Of a stretch of DNA of 64,000 nt, positions 9,679 to 18,593 are shown piece by piece. The notes under the pieces are model-generated. The model was not told where the DNA came from, made no database searches, and saw only the letters and a list, made by a program, of their open reading frames with translations. This DNA comes from an uncultured Christensenella sp. (lineage in GTDB: Bacteria > Bacillota > Clostridia > Christensenellales > Pumilibacteraceae), in the NCBI GenBank assembly GCA_910577945.1, contig CAJTNI010000005.1, forward strand, positions 1 to 64,000, in the 5' to 3' direction. Position 1 is the first letter of the stretch; each line of letters begins with the position of its first letter. The position numbers were made by a program, and so were the translations under genes.

Positions 9679-11142
9679 TTACGCTTTGGGCGCGCGCGGC
9701 TTTTTGTCGGTCTTGACCTTGTCGTTCGCAGTCGTCGCCGCGGGGGCGGGGAGCGCCGTTTTGTCGTTGACCTTGCCGAGGTAGTCGGGCAGCTCCATGC
9801 CGTTCATCTTGAACAGCTCGTTGAGCGGGGGTACTGCGCCTAGCATGCCCGAGAGGAAGCCCGCCGTGGTGGACTTGCCGTTTTGCATGCTGTCCCATAC
9901 CGTAATCTTGTCGATTTGCAGGTTCTTGATTGCGTTGACCTGCATTGAGACGAGGTCCTCGATTTTGTCGGCGATGAGCATTTTAACTGCGTCGTCGCTC
10001 GTGCCGCCCGTCGCGGATATAATCTTGCCGAAGCCTTCGGCTTGCTTGCTGAGTATTTCGAGCTGACCCTTAGCTTCCGCGACGCGCTTTGCGTATTCCG
10101 CATCCGCTTCGCCCTGCGCGCGGCGTCTGATACGCTCGGCTTCCGCCTCCGCCTCGATTTCCGCCTTTTGTTTTTGAATTTCGGCGTTGACGAGAACGTC
10201 CGCTTCGAGCGTGGCGCGTTCGCGCTTGGCACGCTCGGTTTCCGCGAGCTGCTCGGCTTTGTACGCGTCCTCGTTGGCTTTGGCTTGCGCGATAAACTCC
10301 GCGCTTTGCGCCGTGCGGTTAGCTTCCGCCTCCGCCTCGCGCAGCCTTGCGTTGGATTGGCTTATGAGCACTTTGGATTTGTTTTCGCCCTCGATTGCCT
10401 GCGAGTTTGCCGCGGCAACCTGAATGCGCTGTTCCTTTTGCGCGTTGGCTTGACCGATAGCGCCGTCGCGGTCTTTTTCCGCGACCGACTTTTTGGCGTC
10501 GTTTATGACCTTTGCCGCAGCCTCTTTACCGAGCGCCTCGATATAGCCCGATTCGTCGCTGATATCCGTTACGTTAACGTTGATAAGCCGCAAGCCTATC
10601 TTTTTGAGCTCGCCCTCGACGTTTATGGAAACGGCTTCCAAGAACTTGTCGCGGTCGGTGTTGATTTCCTCGATGTCCATCGTGGCGATAATGAGTCTGA
10701 GCTGACCGAGAATGATATCCTCGGCGAGCCGCTGTATCTCGTTGAGCGGGAGAGAGCGCAGGCGTTCCGCCGCGTTCTGCATGACGCCCGGTTCGGTGGA
10801 GATACCGACGGTAAAGCGCGAGGGCACGTCGATACGAATGTTCTGGCGCGAAAGCGCGTTTTTGAGGTCGATTTGGATTGATATGGGGGTCAAGTCCAAA
10901 AAGCTGTAAGACTGAATGAACGGGACTATGAACGCCGCGCCGCCGTGAATACACCGCGCCGAGCGTGCCGTGCCGTCGGCAGCCTTGCCGACCTTACCGT
11001 AGATAACCATGACCTTGTCGGACGGGCACTTTTTGTAGCGCGTCGCAAGCATGGCGATGATGAGAATGAACAGCAATATCGCCGCGACAACTATCGCTAT
11101 GATACCGCCAATCATTCCGCTTGAAAGGGATAAGAGGTTCAT
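9679..11142 (-). CDS. Flotillin / SPFH (band 7) domain protein, YqiK/FloA-like
   Basis: N-terminal TM, SPFH domain, long Ala/Glu-rich coiled coil (AQAKANEDAYKAEQLAETERAKRE...). RBS aaaggagaaa. Confidence 0.85.
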   Translation of the reverse strand: MNLLSLSSGMIGGIIAIVVAAILLFILIIAMLATRYKKCPSDKVMVIYGKVGKAADGTARSARCIHGGAAFIVPFIQSYSFLDLTPISIQIDLKNALSRQNIRIDVPSRFTVGISTEPGVMQNAAERLRSLPLNEIQRLAEDIILGQLRLIIATMDIEEINTDRDKFLEAVSINVEGELKKIGLRLINVNVTDISDESGYIEALGKEAAAKVINDAKKSVAEKDRDGAIGQANAQKEQRIQVAAANSQAIEGENKSKVLISQSNARLREAEAEANRTAQSAEFIAQAKANEDAYKAEQLAETERAKRERATLEADVLVNAEIQKQKAEIEAEAEAERIRRRAQGEADAEYAKRVAEAKGQLEILSKQAEGFGKIISATGGTSDDAVKMLIADKIEDLVSMQVNAIKNLQIDKITVWDSMQNGKSTTAGFLSGMLGAVPPLNELFKMNGMELPDYLGKVNDKTALPAPAATTANDKVKTDKKPRAPKA

Positions 11143-11190
11143 ATATTTCTCCTTTAAAAAATTTTTGACTTTGTTTAGTTATCCGTACGG

Positions 11191-11973
11191 TTACTTTATA
11201 TCTTCGATAACGATGGACGGCTTTTTGTACCTTTGCACAAGCAGCACGTTCGCGCCCGTGTGACCTATGACTTTGATTTCCGCGGTCGTGGGTATCGGCT
11301 CGCTGCTATCGGTAACTGCGTCGTATTCGGCGTAGCGTTCTTGAATGAGCACGTTTATTTTTCCGAAGCCCGTTCTGTTGGGGGGAATTGTGAGATACAC
11401 CGTGCCCACTTTGCCGACCGCGTTGTTGGGGTTGAGATTGCCGTTGCCTTGCAGCTTTTCCATGCCGATTAACGCGCCAGCCATAGCGCACGCCGCGGCA
11501 AACCCGCTTGCGACCGAGATTAAGATTGCGCCCCACAGCGGCAGGGCGGTGTAGCAAAGCGTGTAGCACATCCAGCTGCCGATTGTGATAAACGCGATTA
11601 TCGAGCGCAAGCTCAACAGCCTTAGCCCGAACGGCATTGTCGCGCCGTGCTCGGTCGCGCCGCCGTGCGAAAGCTCCGCATCCGACGCTCCGCCCACTTG
11701 ATAGTCGGAAATTCCGCCGTCGAGCGCCGAAGATAGTCCGCCGCTTATATCGGAATCGCCGTCGAACGCGCCGTCCATACCGCCGTCATAATCGGTAATT
11801 CCGCCGCCGCCGATATCGGACGCGTCCGCATCGGTCACGCCGCCGCCCGAAATATCCGAATCGGACGCGCCGCTCGCAAGCATGAGTATTATTTGTATTA
11901 TGAGAAATAAGCTCGCGGCGCATGCGATAATAAACGTCGCTTGCTGAAAAACCGTCATACTATTCCACCACAT
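11191..11973 (-). CDS. NfeD-like membrane protein (YqiJ-like), flotillin partner
   Basis: Multi-TM N-terminal region, Gly/Asp-rich linker, C-terminal OB-fold-like beta domain (KVIGHTGANVLLVQRY). The ATG at 11973 has RBS aggagg and lies immediately upstream of the flotillin gene. The upstream TTG at 12006 is less likely. Confidence 0.55.
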   Translation of the reverse strand: MWWNSMTVFQQATFIIACAASLFLIIQIILMLASGASDSDISGGGVTDADASDIGGGGITDYDGGMDGAFDGDSDISGGLSSALDGGISDYQVGGASDAELSHGGATEHGATMPFGLRLLSLRSIIAFITIGSWMCYTLCYTALPLWGAILISVASGFAAACAMAGALIGMEKLQGNGNLNPNNAVGKVGTVYLTIPPNRTGFGKINVLIQERYAEYDAVTDSSEPIPTTAEIKVIGHTGANVLLVQRYKKPSIVIEDIK

Positions 11974-11996
11974 TGCGCTTTTGCCTCCTACGTCGT

Positions 11997-12025
11997 ATTG
12001 TACCAAACTCAGCGCTTTTTGTCAA
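11997..12025 (-). promoter_or_regulatory. Sigma70 promoter of nfeD-flotillin operon
   Basis: On the minus strand: TTGACA-17-TACAAT. Confidence 0.55.
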
Positions 12026-12134
12026 TAGTCGGGTACTAATTTTACAGTTACATTATATATAACAAACATAACGGGATTATTACAAAAAGATTAAATTTAG
12101 ATTAAATCGCGACGTGGCGTCGGAGCGCAGGGCG

Positions 12135-12163
12135 TTGACAAATCGCGGCGCGTGCGCTATAAT
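12135..12163 (+). promoter_or_regulatory. Leaderless promoter of DUF3810 gene
   Basis: TTGACA-17-TATAAT-6-ATG(12170). Confidence 0.55.
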
Positions 12164-12169
12164 TTACGC

Positions 12170-13492
12170 ATGCGTAAAAATCGTATAACGGCGGGAACGC
12201 TCTTAAACGCACGGCGCGCGCGGCTTACGACGCGGTTTTTCGGCTTGCGTTATGCGGCGCGCGTAAAACGCAGGGTTTCGCTTGCGCCCGCCGTGCTTGC
12301 GGCGGTAGCGGCGGGCTTGCTCGTTCCGTTGGTGATAATGAACGCGCTGCGCATAGACGCGGGGCGCGCGGAATGGTGGTCGCGCACCGTCGCGCGCGCG
12401 TACGAGCGAGCGGTGGGCGCGCTTACGTCGTGGCTGCCGATATCGGTGTACGAGCTGTTCGTAGTGATTTTAATCGCCGCGGGGCTGTTTCTTTTCGGGC
12501 GGCTCGTAATCAATCTGTGTCGCGGCGCGTTTATGAGAATAGTGACGGGCGTGCTCGCCGTCGCAGTGGGCGCGGCGTACGTCGGCAACGCGTACATGCT
12601 GTCCATGGGGTTCGGATATTATCGCCGCAAAATGCCGTTGCCGCAAGCGGGCGCGGATTATCGCGTGGAAAAGGTGATAGAGGTTGCCGAGTATTTTTTG
12701 AACGATTACAACGCGCTTGCGCAAAAGCTGCCGCGCGACGAAAACGGGTGCGTGATAAATCCGTACGGGTTCGACGGCACGGCGCGGCGCATCGCCGCCG
12801 AGTACGCCAAGCTGGACGACGGGTATTTCTCGCCGTATACGCCGAACGCGAAGCAGGTGGTCAACAGCTGGCTTATGTCGGACATGCTGATTACGGGCGT
12901 CACGTTTTTGCCGACGGGCGAGGCGAGCTTGAACGTCGGCGCGCCGCCGTCGGTAGTTACTTTCACAACGGCGCACGAGCTGGCGCACACGAAGGGCGTA
13001 CAGCGCGAGGGCGACGCAAACCTCATCGCGCAGTACGTAATGCTTTCGTCCGAGGACGAATACCTGCGGTACTGCGGTTATTACAACGCGTTCGGCGCGG
13101 TGATGTCGGCAATCGTTTTGGCAATGGGCGACGAGCTGCAATACGCAACCGAATACAACAGGCTGGTCGGCGAAATGACCCCGCTGATTTCAGTCGAAAA
13201 ATTGTACGCCAATAAGTATTGGAGCTCGCAGCCCGATATTATCGGAAAGCTCGGCGAGTTCTTTAACGACTTGTATTTAAAGTTCAACGGCGCGAGCAAC
13301 GGCACGGGCAGCTACGGCGACGGCAACCACACGGACGCAATACGCCCGACCGACCCGAGCACGGGCGAGCCGATGACAGACCCCGACACGGGCAAGCCCG
13401 TGTATATCCCCGTGTACTCGACGCTGCAAAAAGTATTCTTTTATCTGTACGAACAAAAAACCGCACGGTTTGGAATAATCAAGGAGTGTTGA
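12170..13492 (+). CDS. DUF3810-like membrane protein with HExxH zinc-metallopeptidase-like motif
   Basis: N-terminal TM segments. TAHELAHTKG carries the HExxH motif. Confidence 0.55.
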   Translation: MRKNRITAGTLLNARRARLTTRFFGLRYAARVKRRVSLAPAVLAAVAAGLLVPLVIMNALRIDAGRAEWWSRTVARAYERAVGALTSWLPISVYELFVVILIAAGLFLFGRLVINLCRGAFMRIVTGVLAVAVGAAYVGNAYMLSMGFGYYRRKMPLPQAGADYRVEKVIEVAEYFLNDYNALAQKLPRDENGCVINPYGFDGTARRIAAEYAKLDDGYFSPYTPNAKQVVNSWLMSDMLITGVTFLPTGEASLNVGAPPSVVTFTTAHELAHTKGVQREGDANLIAQYVMLSSEDEYLRYCGYYNAFGAVMSAIVLAMGDELQYATEYNRLVGEMTPLISVEKLYANKYWSSQPDIIGKLGEFFNDLYLKFNGASNGTGSYGDGNHTDAIRPTDPSTGEPMTDPDTGKPVYIPVYSTLQKVFFYLYEQKTARFGIIKEC

Positions 13493-14901
13493 CAAAACGC
13501 TACGGTTATGATAAACTCAATCGTATGATAAGGGAAGATAATAAATCGCGAGGGGAAACGACTGTATACGAGTACGATACAAACGGGAATATACTGACAA
13601 AAACAGTGTATGCGTTTGCATTGGGCGAAATAGTCGATAGAGCTCCGATAGCGCAAATCCCTTATGCGTATAAGGCGGACGGATGGCGCGACCGCATGGC
13701 GGAGTACAACGGCGAAAAATGCGAGTACGACGCGATAGGCAATCCTACCAAGTACAGAGGCGTAATAACGCAGTTTAAATACTGCGGCAAAATGACCGCG
13801 TACGGCGGCAATACGTACGCATACGACGCAAACGGCGACCGAATCGGAAAAACGGTAAACGGCGTGGAAACGCGGTTTATAACGGCGTCGGGTAAAGTAA
13901 TTCGCAGTATAACAAACGGCGTTGTGACCGATTTCTTTTACGATGCGGGCGGACTTGCGTGCATACGGCATGACGGCTTGGATTACATAGTCCGCAAAAA
14001 CGTGTTTGGCGACGTAACGCATATATACGACAAAGCGGGCAAGCTCGCGGCACGGTACGCGTATGACGTTTGGGGAAAGTGTAAAGTGCTTAACGCAAAC
14101 GGCGTGGAGGATGCCGACGTTCTGTCGATAGGCAACATAAACCCGATACGATACAGAGGGTATTATTTCGATACGGAAAGCAGGCTGTATTACCTGCACG
14201 CACGCTACTATGACCCGGAAACGGGGAGGTTTATATCCGCAGATAACACTCGCTACGTAACCCCCGATGCCGTAAACGGGCTTAATCTGTACGCATACTG
14301 TGCCGATAACCCCGTAATGAACGTAGACCCTAGCGGACATTCGGTGCTGGCGATATTTTTGACGCTGGCGATAGGGGCGTTATTGGGCGGATTGAGCGGC
14401 GGAATAACTTCGCTTGTTTCCGACGGAGATTTTTGGTCGGGTTTTAGTGGAGGCTTGGTTTCGGGCTTAATTTCCACTGCCGGCTTGGGTTTAGCTGTTA
14501 CAATGGGCGGATTGGGGGGAGTTGCTTTATCTGCATTTTTTGGTTTTGGAGCATCGTTCACAGGTAGTATAGTGCAACAGGGATTTGCGAGTAATTGGAC
14601 GAGTTTTGATTTAAAGTCGGCTCGAATTTCAGGATACATAGGCATGACTATGGGAGCAGTTACATATGGACTGACAAACGGTTTTATGCGTGAGGCAGTG
14701 GGGGTGTTTGATAATATATTCGATAAGTCTATCGGCTTTGCGAGAAGATACGCTGAATTTATGTCTTATTCTGTTCCGTCTTTGGTAAGTACGCTGATAT
14801 TTAATTTGCCTGTTACAGTTGCGCAAACGATAATAGAAAGCGTAATCGGGTGCGGAAAATCCGATAAAAGTAAATCTTCATTGGTAGGGGGGATTATTTG
14901 A
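13486..14901 (+). CDS. RHS/YD-repeat protein C-terminal fragment with glycine-zipper membrane toxin tip (orphan polymorphic-toxin module)
   Basis: YD repeats (YEYDTNGNIL, YAYDANGDRIGK). RHS core end motif RYYDPETGRFISAD ... DNPVMNVDPSGH. After that comes a ~180-aa tail with GxxxG motifs and lower GC. The product is only ~470 aa and there is no N-terminal RHS region upstream. Confidence 0.75.
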   Translation: MLTKRYGYDKLNRMIREDNKSRGETTVYEYDTNGNILTKTVYAFALGEIVDRAPIAQIPYAYKADGWRDRMAEYNGEKCEYDAIGNPTKYRGVITQFKYCGKMTAYGGNTYAYDANGDRIGKTVNGVETRFITASGKVIRSITNGVVTDFFYDAGGLACIRHDGLDYIVRKNVFGDVTHIYDKAGKLAARYAYDVWGKCKVLNANGVEDADVLSIGNINPIRYRGYYFDTESRLYYLHARYYDPETGRFISADNTRYVTPDAVNGLNLYAYCADNPVMNVDPSGHSVLAIFLTLAIGALLGGLSGGITSLVSDGDFWSGFSGGLVSGLISTAGLGLAVTMGGLGGVALSAFFGFGASFTGSIVQQGFASNWTSFDLKSARISGYIGMTMGAVTYGLTNGFMREAVGVFDNIFDKSIGFARRYAEFMSYSVPSLVSTLIFNLPVTVAQTIIESVIGCGKSDKSKSSLVGGII

Positions 14902-15389
14902 AAAAAGAATTAAAAGTTGTGCCGTCTATGTTTTGGTTAATCGGCTCAATTGTTCTAATTATAAGTTTGTATTCAATCTTTATATTTTCGTATACATATC
15001 CGCCTGCCCGTCCCGATGAAATCTTTGACCATATATTATTGATATTTTGTACGGGCGTATTACCGACAGTGATATTTGTTACGGCAATACCGCGTGGTAT
15101 ATTTTCGGTAGTTACGATAAGCGAGCGCGGGGTAAGGCGTACGCTGTTTATGGGACGATTCAAGCTTGAAATGAGTTGGGAGGAAATGGCAGAGATGCGG
15201 TATTATCCTCGGCTGCTGCCGTTTGTATTCTTTTCCAAAACCTGCACATTGGACGGTATGTATTACGACAAAATAATAAAAAGGCGGGACGTTATACAGG
15301 TAACGCTGTCAAAGAAAGTATTGCAAGCGATACGGCAGAATACCAAAAAGGAAATAATAAACCTGCCCGAAAGCTATAACGAGCAATAA
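14898..15389 (+). CDS. Putative immunity protein (small 3-TM membrane protein) for the RHS toxin tip
   Basis: Immediately downstream of the RHS tip and overlapping its stop (TGA/ATG). Hydrophobic N-terminus. GC about 40%. Confidence 0.5.
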   Translation: MKKELKVVPSMFWLIGSIVLIISLYSIFIFSYTYPPARPDEIFDHILLIFCTGVLPTVIFVTAIPRGIFSVVTISERGVRRTLFMGRFKLEMSWEEMAEMRYYPRLLPFVFFSKTCTLDGMYYDKIIKRRDVIQVTLSKKVLQAIRQNTKKEIINLPESYNEQ

Positions 15390-15664
15390 AAGACACAAAG
15401 AGCTCTGCACAGTAATGCGTCGGGCTCTTTGCGTATGTCAAAGCTGATATTATACAAATGGTTAAATCACAGGTCTCAAAGTACTGAAATTGGAAAATGT
15501 AGTTTTTAACCGCTAAATTAATAGGAAAAGTGTGTTGGTATTCTAAAAAGTCTGTTATCTACGATTATATTTTCTGCGGAAAATTTATAATTAGTGTTTT
15601 GTTGATAGGCGTTGTGACTATTTGCTACAACTAAAAACAGTCGACACTTTTTGAATACTTTATT

Positions 15665-15710
15665 ATGCAATATTGCATTTATTGACATTTTATTTAAATT
15701 ATGCTAAAAT
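15665..15710 (+). promoter_or_regulatory. Promoter of SIR2-HerA operon with upstream perfect palindrome
   Basis: ATGCAATATTGCAT is a 14-bp perfect palindrome (15665-15678) abutting TTGACA-17-TAAAAT (15682-15710). RBS aaaggag precedes ATG 15770. Confidence 0.5.
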
Positions 15711-15769
15711 ATTAATGTCGCAAATAATTTTTTAATTGGATAGTCATTTCAATTACAAAGGAGATTCTG

Positions 15770-16768
15770 ATGAGAATTTATAACATAGATGAACAAAGGC
15801 AAGATGTGAAATCGTATTTGATTAAATGTTTATCGTCTAACAATATAAGTTTTTTGCTAGGGGCCGGATTTAGTACGCCATTTTTAAGGGTTCTAGGAGG
15901 CTTTGAAGAACGATTAACGGTTGCAATTGAATTAGGAGATGTAAAACAAATAGTGTTATTGGAAAAGGAGTTTTTTAATAATAGTATTTTACCGATTCTT
16001 AATCAAAAAAAATTAGACACTAATATGAAATATCGTGATAGTTTTTTAAATTCTATAAAGAACATTTTAGAAAAACGTCATAGTTCGGTTTTGCATAAAA
16101 TGTTTAATATTTTTACCACGAATTATGATGTGCTTATAGAACAATCTTTGGAACGTAATGCAATTGAATATTCTGATGGATTTTCTGGGCGACTTAATCC
16201 ATTGTATTCAACAACGAATTTTGGAAGAGTTATAAAAAAGACAAGTGCAATAGCTCACAAATCAACAGAAATAGTAACTGCAAATTTGCTAAAACTACAT
16301 GGCTCATTGAATTGGACACAAACAGATGCTGGCATTGCTTTTGAGAATTGTAACCAAAAGATTCAACGTGTAAAAAAGTGCTTACAAAATGACGATGAAT
16401 TTATGTGCACTTATGAAAAAGAGTTCTTAATTATCAACCCTAATAAGGAAAAATTTAACACAACTGTTTTAAATGCGAATTATTATGATCAATTAAGAAT
16501 TTTTGGAAATGAGCTCGAACAAAGGAATGCTCTTTTGTTAGTTTATGGATTTTCGTTTAATGATGAGCACATACGAACAATAGTAGAAAGAGCTTTAATT
16601 AATCCAACATTAACAGTAGTTATATTTGCATTTAGAAAATGGGATGAAGACGCATATAAAGAAAAATTTGACAAATATCACAATGTTGTTGTATTACGTA
16701 ATAGCGGCGAATTCAATATTGAAAGCGTATCGCGGTTTTTTAAGGAGATTGATAATGATATTGAGTGA
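15770..16768 (+). CDS. SIR2-like (SIR2_2/ThsA-type) NAD-dependent domain protein, defense-associated
   Basis: FLLGAGFS (GAGxS), FTTNYDVLIE (TTNYD), KLHGS (catalytic His), LLVYGFSFNDEH. The order and spacing match ThsA-type SIR2 domains. GC about 33%. Confidence 0.8.
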   Translation: MRIYNIDEQRQDVKSYLIKCLSSNNISFLLGAGFSTPFLRVLGGFEERLTVAIELGDVKQIVLLEKEFFNNSILPILNQKKLDTNMKYRDSFLNSIKNILEKRHSSVLHKMFNIFTTNYDVLIEQSLERNAIEYSDGFSGRLNPLYSTTNFGRVIKKTSAIAHKSTEIVTANLLKLHGSLNWTQTDAGIAFENCNQKIQRVKKCLQNDDEFMCTYEKEFLIINPNKEKFNTTVLNANYYDQLRIFGNELEQRNALLLVYGFSFNDEHIRTIVERALINPTLTVVIFAFRKWDEDAYKEKFDKYHNVVVLRNSGEFNIESVSRFFKEIDNDIE

Positions 16769-18524
16769 AGTTTTGAAAATAGGTGAAGTAAGAGAAGTAT
16801 ATGGACATAAAATCAAAGTTGGAATTTATAGCGAAAAAAATGTCGAATACTTAAATTATGACGGAATACCTATTAAAAATGTTGGAATAGGTAGTTTTAT
16901 CATTATCAGAAAAGGATTTTTAAATATAATAGGGAAGGTAGATGGAGAGTTTATAACTGCTACATCTTTAGAAAGTGGCTATGCGGAAAAAGGGCGTGGT
17001 ATAGCAAGAACATTAGATGTGTCTGTTTTAGGACATTTAGAAAACGATCAATTTGTATTTGGTGTTATTGAGCTTCCATTAATAGGTAACTTTGTATACA
17101 TTATAGATGAGAGCCTACAAAAGAATATTTTAGACCATCATTCGCAGTTTGCATTAAATTTAGGTACTTTGATAGAGTATGATAATTATCCATTTAAATT
17201 AGATTTGCAAGAATTGATATGCAGTCATATCGGAATATTTGGTAATACCGGTAGTGGAAAATCAAATACTCTAGCAAAGATATATACTGAACTATTTGAA
17301 AATTATTCTAGCAATCAACAGTTTAAAAAGAATTCAGCCTTTGTTTTTTTTGACTTAAATGGGGAATATAGAAATTCGTTTCCTAATGGTCATTATTATG
17401 AATTGAATTCAATTGAAAATGAAAAATATCCATTAAATGAGCGGTATTTAACAGATATTGAATTTTGGTCGGTTGTTTTACAGGCTTCGGAAAAAACACA
17501 AAAACCGTTCATAAATGAATGTATAAAAAATTATAAAAAATGTAAGCAATCATCAAATTATTTCACGACTCAAAAATTAAGCGAACTTGTTTTTTATAGT
17601 CAAAAGAACTATGGGGATATTAGGGCATTTATAATTCACATATTTACATGCTTAGAACTTGAAGATGAGATCATATCATTTGATGACAATGTAAGCATTG
17701 AGTATAAAAAACTTATAAGCAATACGCGTGGACAATTAGATTATTTGGCGACCTATAATGAATTGTTTGGTGACATGGATGACAAAGTTATTTCTGTAAG
17801 TCATCTAGATGATATCCAAATTTTTTCTTTAATTGTTTATTACACTTATTGTAAAGAATTAAATAAAGGAAAGATTTCGACTCAAAATATTATTCAATTA
17901 TTTAATAGGATGGATAAAATATTATCGGAATTGGGAAATATATTCGAATTCAAGGGTGATTGTCCAAATGAGCATGTTGTTATTATATCATTATTTAATT
18001 TAAATGCAGAATTGAAAAAGTTAGTGACTTATATAATATGTAGAGATAAATATGAGAGTCATAAAAGACATCGTGGAAATGAGCGATTGCAGTCATCCCT
18101 TCATCTAATTATTGAAGAAGCACATAATATCTTATCGTATGAATCCGCGCGCGAGAGTGAGGAGTGGAAGAATACTCGATTAGAAACATTTGAAGAAATT
18201 ATTAAAGAAGGAAGAAAATTCGGAGTTTTTTTGACTATTGCCAGCCAAAGGCCGGCGGATATTTCGGAAACAATTATCTCACAGTTACATAACTTTTTCG
18301 TTCATCGTTTAGTGAATGCTGAAGATTTAAAGCGGATTTATAAGTCTGTTGCATTTTCTGATTCTGTTTCTAATAATATGATTCCAATTTTACCAGCTGG
18401 TGGTTGTTTATTTTCAGGCATTGCGGCTAATTTCCCATTATTAGCAAAAATTGATTGTTTAGAGCAATCTATCGCGCCTAACAGTTCTAACGTTAATTTA
18501 ATAGATATTTGGGGATTAAAATAA
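16755..18524 (+). CDS. HerA/FtsK-like ATPase (DUF87), partner of SIR2
   Basis: Walker A IGIFGNTGSGKSNT, Walker B LIIEEAHNIL, HerA-like FGVFLTIASQRPADI. RBS aaggag lies 7 nt upstream of ATG 16755. It overlaps the SIR2 stop codon (translational coupling). Confidence 0.8.
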   Translation: MILSEVLKIGEVREVYGHKIKVGIYSEKNVEYLNYDGIPIKNVGIGSFIIIRKGFLNIIGKVDGEFITATSLESGYAEKGRGIARTLDVSVLGHLENDQFVFGVIELPLIGNFVYIIDESLQKNILDHHSQFALNLGTLIEYDNYPFKLDLQELICSHIGIFGNTGSGKSNTLAKIYTELFENYSSNQQFKKNSAFVFFDLNGEYRNSFPNGHYYELNSIENEKYPLNERYLTDIEFWSVVLQASEKTQKPFINECIKNYKKCKQSSNYFTTQKLSELVFYSQKNYGDIRAFIIHIFTCLELEDEIISFDDNVSIEYKKLISNTRGQLDYLATYNELFGDMDDKVISVSHLDDIQIFSLIVYYTYCKELNKGKISTQNIIQLFNRMDKILSELGNIFEFKGDCPNEHVVIISLFNLNAELKKLVTYIICRDKYESHKRHRGNERLQSSLHLIIEEAHNILSYESARESEEWKNTRLETFEEIIKEGRKFGVFLTIASQRPADISETIISQLHNFFVHRLVNAEDLKRIYKSVAFSDSVSNNMIPILPAGGCLFSGIAANFPLLAKIDCLEQSIAPNSSNVNLIDIWGLK

Positions 18525-18593
18525 ATTTAATATGGATTTTAACGCAAAAGAATTTATATCACAAAATGGGGGTTGTTCACGGTAAAACGTAAA

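Noticed and set aside
12152-12169. GTG at 12152 as the start of the DUF3810 gene (ORF-track start)
   Set aside because: This stretch coincides with the spacer and -10 of a perfect TTGACA-17-TATAAT promoter, so the ATG at 12170 is the more plausible leaderless start.
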